A stretch of 64,000 bases of DNA from Eledone cirrhosa. Lineage: Eukaryota. The stretch is taken from NCBI GenBank assembly GCA_964016885.1, contig OZ024741.1, forward strand, positions 384,896,001 to 384,960,000, given 5' to 3'. Shown here one piece after another: positions 1 through 15,259 of this stretch. The notes under the pieces are model-generated. The model was not told the origin of the DNA. It saw only the letters and a program-made list of their open reading frames with translations, and ran no database searches. Positions within the stretch are counted from its first letter, which is position 1. Each line of letters starts with the position of its first letter. A program made the translations under genes and the position numbers.

Positions 1-230
1 TATTTATGCAGAACTGATGAGAAATCTACAGATACTCCACCCTGATTATACCTTCAGATTTATGCCTGTTATTATTGGGGCATTGGGATATTTTAGTAAT
101 TGTCTCAATACAAATCTTGAGAAGCTGGGCTTCACAGGAACAGAAAGAACACAACTAGTTAGGAAATTACAAGTACAATCCATTAATGGAACAGTAAAAT
201 ATATGTAAAACATTCCAAAAATGTTGCATC
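1..230 (+). mobile_element. 3' end of an RLE-type (R4/Dong/NeSL-like) non-LTR retrotransposon ORF remnant
   Basis: ORF 17..208 contains PVIIGALG followed by ...LQ, the C-terminal restriction-like endonuclease tail also seen at 49082..49627 (IPVVIGALG...LQK). Confidence 0.6.
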
Positions 231-467
231 TAATAACTGCATATACACATGTACAGATAAAAGCATATACACACGCACACATACAACTCAAAGCATACAC
301 ATCCAAACATACAATAACATTCATACCTACACATGCATGCATGCAGACAGACATACATATCTACCTAGTTGATGTTGTGTAAATTCCAATGAGAAAGTCT
401 TGTAACTATGTTAGAAACCAACTCTCTCTCTATTGGCAAAAATTTGTGAAATTATAAAACCAGAAGA

Positions 468-562
468 ACATACATACATACATACATACATACATACATA
501 CATACATACATACATACATACATACATACATACATACATACATACATACATACATACATACA
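468..562. repeat. (ACAT)n microsatellite
   Basis: Direct reading; further ACAT tracts at ~1085-1104 and ~1760-1835. Confidence 0.95.
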
Positions 563-1084
563 TGATGGTTGCAAACTCTGCTAAGAGTATTGAAATCGCT
601 TGTCAGATTACAGAAAATGGTGCACTTTTAGGCTACGGCCAGCCACACGAACCTATAACAGTTCCTGAACAAGCAATGCCTGTGCTTTGAAGATTTTTTA
701 AGTGGAGAAAGGCCTTGCACTCGACCAATCCCACTCTGAGTATCGAAAACACTACCCAAAAAGGAGAACTGGTCAACATCATCGGATGCTTCCGAAGCCG
801 CAGGTTTTTTTTTTTTTAGAGATTCCCTCTCTTAGAAAGGTGTTGTGACAACAACTGGGGGCCTTTCACTCCCAAGCAAAAAAAAAGTACTATTTGGATG
901 GCCATTGACTTTGCAGAGTTCCTCCATCCTTTGCCGGGTCTTATATTTCATCCCACAGGGTGTTCAAATATCCCCCTCCTCACCAAGCAAGCCTGGTGGG
1001 GTTGTCGGTTTAGTCGCCGACACCCGACAATGAGACAGGTTGTACTGGGTTACATGATACCAGTAACACACGTGAGCGACCTGA
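563..1084 (-). mobile_element. Non-autonomous RTE-derived element, copy 1
   Basis: Collinear with 1105-1759 (gcaatgcctgtgc, tcaacatcatcgg, tttggatggcc, ggttgtactgggttacatg) and reverse-complementary to 6455-6690. Flanked by ACAT repeats. Confidence 0.65.
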
Positions 1085-1104
1085 TATACATACATACATA
1101 CATG

Positions 1105-1496
1105 TGATGGCTGCCGCCTCGATATCGAGTATGGACATTGCACGATATAACATTATTACTAATTAATTAATTCTATCGTGCAATGCCTGTGCGTGAAGAT
1201 ATTTTTTAAAGTGAGGAAAGACTGTGCACTGAGCCAATCCCATTCTCTGAGCGACAGTAGCTATAACCCGAAAAGAAGAAAAGATCAACATCATCGGTAA
1301 ATACTGAGCCGCAGGTTTTATGTCGGAGTTATCCCAGTTTCGTGAGTTGCCTTCTCCTAGAAGAATGCCCTGACAACGGCTAGGGGTCCTTCACTCCCAG
1401 TGGTTTACCGCGTGATCGGGTATCCAGCCCGATTATTTCTATGTCCCCGCGCATATTCATACACATGCATACATGTATGTACACATATACATACAT

Positions 1497-1552
<56 letters not shown>

Positions 1553-1759
1553 GTGCATACATGTATATACATATTTATACATTTTTGGATGGCCGTTGAC
1601 TCTTATGAGTTCTTCCGCCCTTAGTCAAGTTTTGTTTTTTGTCCAACAGGGTGTCCAAATCACCCTTGGTGAGGTTGCCGGTTTAGTCGCCGACGACCCG
1701 ACCATGCGACAGGTTGTACTGGGTTACATGTTACCAGTAGCACTGAAGAGTGACCTGAC
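1105..1759 (-). mobile_element. Non-autonomous RTE-derived element, copy 2 (internal CA/TA microsatellite)
   Basis: On the minus strand its 3' end reads ...tactcgatatcgaggcggcagccatc, matching the 3' end at 6864-6890. The ctaggagaagg motif is shared with 6525. Confidence 0.65.
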
Positions 1760-1805
1760 ATACATACACGCATATTATACATACATACATACATACATAC
1801 ATACA

Positions 1806-1838
<33 letters not shown>

Positions 1839-1963
1839 TACTAATAAGAATAAAGATGTCATGTCTGAAAAACCTTCAGACACCCGCTATATCACCTGTA
1901 AGGGAAACTCTAAATCCGAGGATTTATTTAACAATTAACAAACGAATAAAAAAAAAAAGGAAC

Positions 1964-2150
1964 GTCGACTTTCGTCAAATCGGGCCGAGGAAACAATGTT
2001 TCCGTTGGTCTTTCCAATTGCTAATACTATCTATCGGTCGCAACTCCAGGTAGAAGGAGCAACGTGAAATAAAGTGTCTTGCTCAAGGACATAACGCATC
2101 GCCTGGTCCAGGAATCGAACTCACAACCTCACCATTGCGAATCCAATTCA
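1964..2150 (-). mobile_element. tRNA-derived SINE (CORE/V-like central domain), 5'-clipped
   Basis: Minus strand has B-box gagttcgattcc and tgtccttgagcaagacacttt. Near-identical to 31905-32123. Confidence 0.8.
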
Positions 2151-3889
2151 TATATATATATATATAATATATATCTTTAAAGGTAAAGAATGGTAGAACA
2201 AACGAATATATATACATAAATATACAAACAATGTATACATAAATATATCAAACATTAACAGGAGATAATTTGTAAAGAATGTAGGAACATATGATTACAA
2301 AAGGTGGAATATTTAAATTTAACAGAAATTTAAATACCTGACATTCAATAATTATTTATACTCTCTCATACATATTCCATTATTACTTCTTGTTAGTGGC
2401 CTTGTGCCAAAAAGTAGAAACAATTATTACTTCTTGTTAATATTATAAATATGGTTCTAAATATTATTTAAGTAGAGCTTTGTACTGCTGAAAGGTTTTG
2501 GCTGCTATTTCTAGCTATGAATAATCCTATTCACGCCACCGGGACAATGCTTACGCATAGTGGTTTTTTCTTAACACCATGAGTGTTTGCTTCAGTCCCT
2601 GATTTGTATTCAAGAGGTGGCAGGAAGCGGAAGTGACAACAAGAACGTCGGGTAGGAGAAGTGGAAGAAAAGAAAAGAAGCAGCAAGAAAAAGGGTGTGG
2701 AGCAAGAGTGTGGGAGAGAGAGAATGAACGAAAGAAGGGAGAAAAGGATGACGGAAAGAAATAGCCAACGAACCTTAGACTATGGTACCCGTCTAAAATA
2801 GAAAGCTAATATAGCTGTGATAAAGAATATAAACAAAGTTTTCTCGAAGATCTAGTTGGAGCGCGAGTGTAATAGAATTCATAGAATAATGTGAAGAACT
2901 CAACGCAAGGAAGCTATTGAAACAACAAAATGCCGTCAATGACAGCGTCGGGTAAAAATGATGACAAAGGACAGAAATCAGCGGCTAGAAGTGTGTTGGC
3001 CCGCAGAAGTGATAGAAAGAAAGGAGCAAAGAAAAAAAAAGATGGATGAGACAAGATCACACAAACATCTTTTAACTTCTGTTGCACGAGCCGGCAACCA
3101 TAGTCGATCTGAGAACTGAAGATTTTCATTAATTGGAAACAGTTAGGTAATATATCGCGGCATTATCTAATCTGGAGCACTTGATAGTGGGAGATAAATT
3201 TCTGGGTATAATCTTTGTGGTACGTGGACACTTTCTAATATGGATGTAAGGTGTACTGCAGACAAATGCCCAGTTAGAAGGGGAACTCTCTTTTGGATCT
3301 CTATTCATGTGATGTCCGCGCTCAACGTTTTCAGATGCGTTGGTGAAGTGACCTATAGAGATGCCTCATGTTCTTGTTGAACAAATTGTTTATGAACGTG
3401 AAGTTCTGTCCAAAACCAGGCGAGATTTCCTATATTCTAAGGAATGTCACTGCATTTCATGTAGCGTTTAAAGAAAGTTGATCCGAAGCATTCCTTCACA
3501 TGCCTCTCTAGCAAAGAAGAAGCATTATACAAATTTTTGTGACCTCTTTATCGAATTCTTAAGCTTATACTCTAAACCTTCCATGAACATGTCAACAGCT
3601 TTAATGATGTCATTCAAAGACTCCTTCAGCCCGACCTCAATCTATGCTAATACCATAGATATATCATTAACCTACATCTCTGTGCCTGCTCTTCCAATCG
3701 CCAACTGACTGCATCATCTCCTCCAACTTCTTTTTTCGGCTGAATACCCTCAGACATCTCCACCCCTGTGCTCCATCATGATAAACACATACTTTGGCTT
3801 CATTAACTTCATTTACAAACAGAATTCAATGTCTATCCATAGAGACACAATCTGCCAAGCCTACTGACCAGCTGAGGTGTTTAACACTT

Positions 3890-4545
3890 GACGTGGTACA
3901 GTAGTTGCATTCAGTTGATAGTTTTAGAACATTTGTGGTATTTGTTATTGATCCTGGATGGATTTAGGGTACAACTGCAACTGAAATTGACATTATTTTT
4001 AAAGAGATTTGTGATAAGGATGATTGTGTATGAAGTGTTTGCGTTAAAGTTACAGTAGGCTCGCAGCTATATTGAAAGAGGAAGACATATTTAAACTGAC
4101 GTGTGTGTATGTGTTACGTATGTGTGCATGTGTATGGGTGCTTGTGTGTGTGCGTGCGTGTATGTATGTGTATATGTGAGTATGCGTGTATGTGCATGTG
4201 TGTGTGTGAACCAAACACTATTTCTAGTTTTGCTTTTTTTCTTATCCTTATACTGTTATGATAAAGGCTATGCTGTATTTTCTTTGAATCAGCTATCTTT
4301 TAACGCATCATTATAATAGCCAGCAACACTGTTAACGGATTCTTTATCCAAAGGTATGTATAAGGTTTGACTGCTAATGTTATTGACTGAAGTTTGATAA
4401 CTGTGGATTGGTGGTTAAACTGTACATTAGTATAAATGTTCATAAGGTTTCTGTACAATTTTAGAGTCTAAACTTACGTTTAGAAAATTGACAACGGTTA
4501 TATTAAGTCGGATGGTAATTTTTAAAATATTTGAAAGATACTTTC
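3890..4545 (-). pseudogene. Decayed Naiad-type Penelope RT/thumb fragment
   Basis: Minus-strand pieces VVNFLNVSLD, YYNDALKDS*FKE and KHFIHNHPYHK..NVNFSCSCTLN align by eye to VVNYLDVTLN, YYNEALARSGF and KHFPPTHKYSK..IKISYSTTPN of ORF 27718..29187. Confidence 0.65.
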
Positions 4546-5245
4546 AAATATTTTAAAAGTCTGCCATCGAATTGCGAGAGATTATTAAACCATCATCTCG
4601 ATATAGACCAATTTTTAAAGAGTTCCATTTCCAGAAGTGTACATAAAAGGTACGCACTCATTGACGCACATACTCCAGCTTTGTCATTGTACTACTCATT
4701 AAGAGATCAAACAACGGATCGTCTCCCTTCGTTACTCAGAAAGAATCATCAAAGAAATGCAGAAACTTTCAAACATACGTTATGACTTCCATAACAGTTT
4801 CATTGAGTATACAATAACCCCAGACAGCTCTGAGCCTTTCGTAATAAACGGATAAAATTCAACATGTTGAATCATGTGATATTGCATTTTCTACCCTTTA
4901 TATTGTGCAACCAGTTCATAACACATACACACACACACACACACACACACGCCCACAGACACATACGCACAAACAAACAAACACACACACTCACATATAT
5001 AAACAAAATGATAACTGTAGAAATATCTATAAGTCCCTCGATCAGTTAATTTCTCGAATCCAACTGTGTGAATATCCTGTCTTTAAGCACACGACTTCGG
5101 ACAATTTACCCACACATTCCACGTTTTTTAGTTGTTGGAATATTACAAGAATTCTTTGACTTAAAGAACCAAAATCACGTACTGTTGTGTAAAGAAAAAT
5201 GTGTGTCTTTTTAAAAGTTGTAGGAAAATCTTTGCACCAAAACTA

Positions 5246-5321
5246 ATGTATATATATGTATATATGTATATATGTAATATATATGTATATATATGTATAT
5301 ATGTATATATGTATATATGTA

Positions 5322-5352
<31 letters not shown>

Positions 5353-5356
5353 ATCC

Positions 5357-5401
<45 letters not shown>

Positions 5402-5402
5402 C

Positions 5403-5470
<68 letters not shown>

Positions 5471-5481
5471 GTATATATGTA

Positions 5482-5512
<31 letters not shown>

Positions 5513-5654
5513 ATATATATATATACGTATATGTATATGTATATATGTATATATATATATACGTATATGTATATGTATATATGTATATATATATATACGT
5601 ATATGTATATGTATATATGTATATATATATGTATATATAGATATATATATATAT
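5246..5654. repeat. (TA)n microsatellite with G/C interruptions
   Basis: Direct reading; gives the spurious IY-rich ORFs. Confidence 0.95.
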
Positions 5655-5850
5655 AACAAAGGAAATGTGGTAAGGAACCAGGTGGACCATAACACACCAA
5701 AGTACTCAATACTTAGGGTAGTAGAGTGGGTAATAGGAACGAGTAGGACCCCGACGGCTGAGCTCAAGCCGTTTCGACGGCTAATTTTTAGTCAAGAATT
5801 AGCCGTCGAAACGGCTTGAGCTCAGCCGTCGGGGTCCTACTCGTTCCTAT
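5655..5850. mobile_element. PLE-terminus-like fragment with perfect 54-bp fold-back palindrome and the 3' half of a hammerhead
   Basis: Arms 5733-5786 and 5797-5850 are exact reverse complements around a 10-nt loop. Contains GAAA-cggct..agccg-TC-gggg; no CUGANGA core. Confidence 0.7.
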
Positions 5851-8057
<2,207 letters not shown>

Positions 8058-8178
8058 TTGGTAAACGGAATAGAAAATGCTGACAAATTGTTCACAGTTG
8101 AAAAATGGTTTAATTAGGAATAAAAGAGTATTAGTGATTGTATGGGTTAGTATTCAGTTGTGGTTTTAAGTTTTTAAG

Positions 8179-8216
8179 TTTTTACCGGTTGCGCATTTCT
8201 AAATGCTTTTCAAAAA
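8179..8216 (-). ncRNA. Variant minimal hammerhead in the Neptune pLTR
   Basis: Minus strand: ttt-TTGAAAA-gcatt tag aatgc-GCAA-ccgg-TA-aaa. U3-A8 core, GCAA in place of GAAA, palindromic stem III, weak stem I. Confidence 0.5.
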
Positions 8217-8530
8217 TAATTTTGAGATAGAGTGTGCGTGCTGTTTGCTCTGATCTGATTAGTTTTGGGAATTCTACCTGTTTTTATGTTAAAAAAGTGG
8301 CTCCAGCGTTATTTTTGTGTTGCAAAAATGCTTGTGGTCAAAACAATTTTGATTGGTCGGTAGAGGTCATGTGAATGTAAAAAGTTGATTTTGCGCCAAG
8401 ACTGTTTTTATGTTAAAAAAGTGGCTCCAGCAAAGATTCTTGGTCAAAACAATTTTGATTGGTCGGTAGAGGTCATGTGGATAAAAAATTGGTTTTGCGC
8501 CAAGATTGAGAAATGACTCTTTCACAACAA

Positions 8531-8612
<82 letters not shown>

Positions 8613-8683
8613 AGTAGTATTAGTAAGGTGTTCGATGCTGCGACAATGGCCAGCAGCGATGTGTGTCAAATGGCTATTAAGAT

Positions 8684-8744
<61 letters not shown>

Positions 8745-8865
8745 GCAGAGTAATTCGATGGTCAGTAAGAATGTGTCTGAAAGCAATGGGGGGTATTTTA
8801 GCATGTCAAAAGATATTTTTCAGCTTTTGTCTTATACGGAGAAGTGCGCGCGTGCGTGCGCGCGC

Positions 8866-8910
<45 letters not shown>

Positions 8911-8950
8911 TCTCTTTGTATGTTGATGTACGCGTGTGTATGTGTTTGTG

Positions 8951-8991
<41 letters not shown>

Positions 8992-9302
8992 ACCAGTATT
9001 TTTTCCCCCCTGGTAAAATGGTGTACATTATTCGATTTTTTCAGTAAAATCGGTTCTCTTAATAGAACATCAAAAATCTTAACAATAAAAGGTGTGAAAT
9101 GATATTCACTATATATATATACACATACATATATTCACTACATATATATATATACATATATACATACATATATATGCACATATATTTTTTTGTATTGCAC
9201 CATAGAGCATGTGTGTTTACGTGTGTCATTGTGTTTATATGTGGGTAGAGATGTGTGCTGATGTAGGTATGTATGTTGACGTGTGTATGTTGTGGGTTCG
9301 TC

Positions 9303-10050
9303 TTAGGGAGAAGTGTTTAGACGGGGTCCGTATTTGTTAATGAAGTAAGATTCCTTGCTGATGCGCTGGGTGTGGGTGACATTATCTTTAAATTTGTAGA
9401 GGGGAAAGATTCTGAAGTTGGGATGATTTTGGGCGGCACAGGTATCAATGTGTTCACTCAGTGGTATTTTCCTGTATTCCCGTATTTTAATTTGGGATCT
9501 ATGGACAGTCATGCGTTGGCGCAGGCTGTTTTTGGTCTGGCCTATGTATTGTTCTCGACAACCTGAACAAGTTAATACATATATTAGATTTTCCGATGCA
9601 CATGTGAAATTGTGTTTTACTATAAAACGTTGTCCATCTTTGAAATAGAATTCCGAACCCTCTATTAGGTTGATGCAAATGCGACAGTTGGGTCTATCGC
9701 ATTTTTTTACTGTGGGTTCCGTTGTTGTGGTTGGCAGTACTTTGGCATGTGTTAAGATGTTTTCCATTGACTTGGATTGTCTTTTGCTCTTTATGATATC
9801 GTGTGTTCGTAGAATTTGGTTCATTCTATGGTCCTTTTTCAATACAGGGATGTTCTGGAGGATGGTGTCAAAGGCCTCATTGTTGAGGGGGTTGTATGTG
9901 GAGATGTATGGAAGAGCTTTTAGTTTTGGTTGATTTACTTTAGGGTGTCTAAGGTCCTGGGTACTGAGTTTTAGGGCACGTTGGATTCCATTGTCAATTA
10001 GTGATGCAGGGTAGTCCCTGCCTATGAGTGTGTCCTTTAGTTCTTAAGTA
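9303..10050 (-). CDS. Neptune PLE linker + GIY-YIG endonuclease (separated from RT by a small frameshifting deletion near 10050)
   Basis: CDRPNCRIC knuckle, NLIYVLTCSGC..YIGQT..R..H, H and E..I...LN motifs. The frame is open upstream of 9842. Confidence 0.88.
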
Positions 10051-11619
10051 GCAGATGTTTTTATTGGAGACTATAGTACAGATTCTCTTGGCTAAGTTGT
10101 AGGGAATATTAATTTTAACGTGTCTAGGGTGGCAAGAGTTGAAGGGGAGATATTGCTTGGAGTCTGTGGGCTTGTAGTATATGTCTGTTTCTATTTTTTT
10201 GTTATGGATCTTAATGAGGATGTCGAGGAAGGGGAGTTGTTGATGGCTGTATTCCATCGTGAAGTTAATATTTGTGTTGAGCCCATTTATAAGGGTGTGA
10301 AATTCTTTAAGTTTTTCGATGTTTTCGTGCCAAAGGATGAAGCAGTCATCTAGATATCGCTTCCAGTTCCTTTCAATGTGTAAGTGGAGGGTGTTTCCAA
10401 ATTTGTTTAGGACTTTAGTGTAGAGGGTGATTTCCAGGTATCCCATGACTAGGTTGGCATAAGTAGGGGTTGTTTTCGTTCCCATAGCGGTCCCAGATTT
10501 CTGCCTGTAGGGTTTGTTATTGAAAACGAAGTAATTGTTCTCCAAGATAAATTTGAGTCCCTCTATCACGAATTCTTTTTTGATGCGTTGTGGGAGTTCA
10601 TTGTGGAAATTATCCAGCCAGAATTGGATAGCTTCTATTCCTAGGTTGTGGGGGATGTTGGAGTATAGGTTGACTACATCGAACGTCACTAGTAGGGTTT
10701 GTTCAGAAAGTGGCATATTAGGGAGGTGATTGAGCATATCTAGGTCGTCCCTTATATAGCTTTTGATGTGCTTGAGGAAGGGTTTGAGAAGGGTATCAAT
10801 GAAGTAGCTAAGACGGTGCGTTTCGCAAGCGGGGCCTGCTATTATAGGTCTTAATTTGAGATCATTGGGTGAGGGGACATTGATGACTATGTCTGTGGCT
10901 TCCTTGCATGCCTTTCTGATTGATTCGCTTTTATGTACTTTAGGGATACCGTAGAAAAGGCTGAATTTACTTGTGAAGTCTGTGATGAAGCTGAATTCCT
11001 TGTTAGTGAGTCCTTCTTTGTATTGGTTGATTAGAGATTTTAGGTTTCTCATAATTTTCTGTTGATTGTAGTGTTCAGTCTTTTCGTAGTATGTTTCGTT
11101 TTCCAAACTGGAGAGCGCTAAGTTGATATAGAATTCTGTCTCCATTAGGACTACTGTACTCCCTTTATCAGCCTCTTTAATTGTAATGGTTCTGTTGGTT
11201 TTTAATCTATTTAATTCTTCCCATTCTTTCTTGTTGAGGTTTGGCTTGTGTTTTTGTCTGTGCAAGTGTTGGTAAGGGAAGTTTGTGATGTGTTCACAGA
11301 ATTCGTCCAGGATTTTATTTCTACCTTTTGAAGGGGTGTAATTGCTTCTATTTCTGGCTAATGATTCATCCTCATTGTACTGGTCGAATAGTTGTTCACT
11401 AAGTCGTAACTTTCTACAGAAGTCTGTGATGTCTTCCTTCATTTCATAGTAGTTAGGACGTAGTGGGGTCGGTGTGAATTTAAGACCTTTGGAGAGTAAG
11501 TTGATAAGGTTGGGTGTTGGTTCTGCACTAGTAAGATTGATAATTTTTATTACTATCGGTTTCTCCTCCCTGTCTTGTGTTATTTTGTTTGCCTGTATCT
11601 GTGTGCTGTGTCTAAAAAA
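10051..11619 (-). CDS. Neptune PLE reverse transcriptase (track ORF 9994..11442; frame extends upstream of the first ATG)
   Basis: INL..LLSKGLKFTPTP, ADKG, YGIPKVHK, LRPII, FDVVNLY, GTAMG, RYLDD, FLD, YYKPT and SCHP motifs. Confidence 0.92.
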
Positions 11620-12839
11620 TGGTTGGGGTAGAGGGGTTGTCTGCTGATGTTAAGTGGTCTCCTGTGTTTGTTATATTCCTTGTTGTTGTAAAATGTGGTT
11701 CGGGTTGGTGGTTGTAGATTGAATGGGGTGTTCCTGTACTGAGAGTATGGGTGTGTGTTTCTATGTGCCATGTTGTATTGTGGTGTTATAAGTGGCCTAC
11801 GTTGTTGGTTGTATCGTGTGGTGTGGGTTTGTTGTGTATTGTGGAAGTGAGAGTTGAGAAAATGGTAATTACCTTGCTGTCCCCTTGAAGCGGGGAAGTT
11901 GTTGCATCTATCATGGCGGTGGTATCTTTTCCCTATGTTTGACGATGAGGAATCCGCGTAGTAGTTGAGTGATTTGGTATGGTGTCTCCTTGAAGGGGGA
12001 AAGTTGTAAATTTCATTCTGGGGGAGATGATTTCTTGGGTTTTTGTTCCTTCTTATGGTAGCGAGGTTGGGAAGTTCATCTTCGGTGTGGTGCTTCCTTC
12101 TTCGTTTGTTTGAGGCTTGGGGGTTTGAGAAGTTGTTGTGCGGTTCAGTTATGGGTTTTCCTATTTTTATGAACGGGTTATTGGAGGTGTAATCCGTTTG
12201 AAAAGTCGATTCATAGTGTAGGAACCAAGCGGCACTTTTTTCCCAGCGTTGAAGGGATTTCAGTTCTTTTCTGTTGCAGTCCCCTTTCCATAATTTGGAG
12301 ATCTTCTCTACCTTGGGGCCTTCAGTTTTGTTGTTGATTTCCAGGAGGATCTCTTCATCGATGGTTTTGATTTTTTCCTCATTTGTCTGGGCCCTCAGTT
12401 TAAGAAGTTCAATTTCTGTCTTCATTTTTTCCAATGCCATTCTTTCCCTAAGGTGTCTTTGAGGTTCGGGTTCATTTGGAATGGACTTTATTTGTAGTTT
12501 ACGGGGGAGAGTTAGAGGGGTTGAGTTAAGCCATTTTTCATATATCTCTGCTTTGTTGTGATTTTGTATCATCTTCCAGAATGAGAACTTTCTGTCTCTG
12601 AGGGATTTGTTCCATTTTGGAATTGTTCGAATTTTCATTTTGTGTGAATCAATCTCACATGGTTCTTCGTTGGTTTTTCCTGGGTTGGTAGTAGTGAACA
12701 TAGTTTGGATAGTATCGCAAAAGTTTTGGAGTTTGTCGCCGATTTCGGAGGGTTTGTATCCGGTGGCGGTTTCCTTATTTGTCGACCAGCAAAGATAGGT
12801 TGGTGTTGATTTTCTTGAGTTCCTGTAGGATCTCTTCAT
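11580..12839 (-). CDS. Upstream ORF of the Neptune element (419 aa; charged helical N half, basic low-complexity C half)
   Basis: Open 1260-nt frame between the 5' pLTR and the RT. It overlaps the RT frame, which lies at -1. Confidence 0.7.
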   Translation of the reverse strand: MKRSYRNSRKSTPTYLCWSTNKETATGYKPSEIGDKLQNFCDTIQTMFTTTNPGKTNEEPCEIDSHKMKIRTIPKWNKSLRDRKFSFWKMIQNHNKAEIYEKWLNSTPLTLPRKLQIKSIPNEPEPQRHLRERMALEKMKTEIELLKLRAQTNEEKIKTIDEEILLEINNKTEGPKVEKISKLWKGDCNRKELKSLQRWEKSAAWFLHYESTFQTDYTSNNPFIKIGKPITEPHNNFSNPQASNKRRRKHHTEDELPNLATIRRNKNPRNHLPQNEIYNFPPSRRHHTKSLNYYADSSSSNIGKRYHRHDRCNNFPASRGQQGNYHFLNSHFHNTQQTHTTRYNQQRRPLITPQYNMAHRNTHPYSQYRNTPFNLQPPTRTTFYNNKEYNKHRRPLNISRQPLYPNHFLDTAHRYRQTK

Positions 12840-13112
12840 TTGAGTTGATGAGGGTTGTATCCGTTTTTGTTGGCATTTTCTGTATCTCGTGTGAGGATAT
12901 GATAGTTAAAAGAATAGAGGTGTAACACACAAGTTATTATATATTGGTAAACGGAATAGAAAATGCTGACAAATTGTTCACAGTTGAAAAATGGTTTAAT
13001 TAGGAATAAAAGAGTATATATATATATATATATATATATACATTATGAAGAGAGAAGAAACATCTAGATATAATTAGTAATAAAATGTATCATACCTAAA
13101 CTGCTCCTAAAT

Positions 13113-13200
13113 TCCTCGACTACGTAGTTTCGTGGCATAAACAAAAACAATATATCAAAGATATAGAGTCCTTGCGAGGTCTGCCAACTTATCAAGAGGA
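13113..13200 (-). ncRNA. Type I hammerhead, family B copy 1
   Basis: Reverse complement of 14215-14302. Confidence 0.8.
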
Positions 13201-13703
13201 TACCTCATTTTACTAGTCTCAAGAACGCGTCTACACGACGTGAGAAAGAATCCCTAAAGGCGGAGGGGGAGATAGTCACGCGATATAACGGTCGAGAAAC
13301 AGAGCTAAGCCTCTTATAACCACGAAGAAAATACCACGGAGGCGGAGGGGGTATTCATATCGAGGCCGTAGAAGAGGTAGTGAAGAAGGCGAGAAGTACG
13401 AGTAATGGAAGCTTTCCAGTTGTCCCCACACTTCAAAGATTGCTCGACCAGAGGGAGTTATTAATATATTTAGAAACACACAGATACATGCGGACACACA
13501 CATATATACATGAATGCATCCGCACCCAACTGCGAGTTAAGGGTGCCAACTTCACCGATGTTGCTCAATGAATGACTGGGACAGACCAATTCAGTTTGAA
13601 CCAGACTGAACCAGTATCAGAGTTAAAAATACATTATGAAGAGAGAAGAAACATTTAGATATAATTAGTAATAAAATGTATCATACCTAAACTGCTCCTA
13701 AAT

Positions 13704-13791
13704 TCCTCGACTACGTAGTTTCGTGGCATAAACAAAAACAATATATCAAAGATATAGAGTCCTTGCGAGGTCTGCCAACTTATCAAGAGGA
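13704..13791 (-). ncRNA. Type I hammerhead, family B copy 2
   Basis: Same motif 591 nt from copy 1. Confidence 0.8.
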
Positions 13792-14214
13792 TACCTCATT
13801 TTACTAGTCTCAAGAACGCGTCTACACGACGTGAGAAAGAATCCCTAAAGGCGGAGGGGGAGATAGTCACGCGATATAACGGTCGAGAAACAGAGCTAAG
13901 CCTCTTATAACCACGAAGAAAATACCACGGAGGCGGAGGGGGTATTCATATCGAGGCCGTAGAAGAGGTAGTGAAGAAGGCGAGAAGTACGAGTAATGGA
14001 AGCTTTCCAGTTGTCCCCACACTTCAAAGATTGCTCGACCAGAGGGAGTTATTAATATATTTAGAAACACCGCCTCCGTGGTATTTTCTTCGTGGTTATA
14101 AGAGGCTTAGCTCTGTTTCTCGACCGTTATATCGCGTGACTATCTCCCCCTCCGCCTTTAGGGATTCTTTCTCACGTCGTGTAGACGCGTTCTTGAGACT
14201 AGTAAAATGAGGTA

Positions 14215-14302
14215 TCCTCTTGATAAGTTGGCAGACCTCGCAAGGACTCTATATCTTTGATATATTGTTTTTGTTTATGCCACGAAACTACGTAGTCGAG
14301 GA
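14215..14302 (+). ncRNA. Type I hammerhead, family B copy 3
   Basis: tcctc-TTGATAA-g(t)tggca..tgccac-GAAA-ctacgtag-TC-gagga. U3-A8 pair and palindromic stem III. Confidence 0.82.
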
Positions 14303-14536
14303 ATTTAGGAGCAGTTTAGGTATGATACATTTTATTACTAATTATATCTAAATGTTTCTTCTCTCTTCATAATGTATTTTTAACTCTGATACTGGTTCAG
14401 TCTGGTTCAAACTGAATTGGTCTGTCCCAGTCATTCATTGAGCAACATCGGTGAAGTTGGCACCCTTAACTCGCAGTTGGGTGCGGATGCATTCATGTAT
14501 ATATGTGTGTGTCCGCATGTATCTGTGTGTTTCTAA

Positions 14537-15254
<718 letters not shown>

Positions 15255-15259
<5 letters not shown>

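Noticed and set aside
2530-2620. Minus-strand ggga-CTGAAGC-aaacac..gtgtt-aa-GAAA..tccc hammerhead-like string
   Set aside because: The core and stem III do not fit; at best a decayed motif.
2620-3880. Purine-rich then mixed sequence with short ORFs
   Set aside because: No recognisable motif; probably an old repeat, but unassignable by eye.
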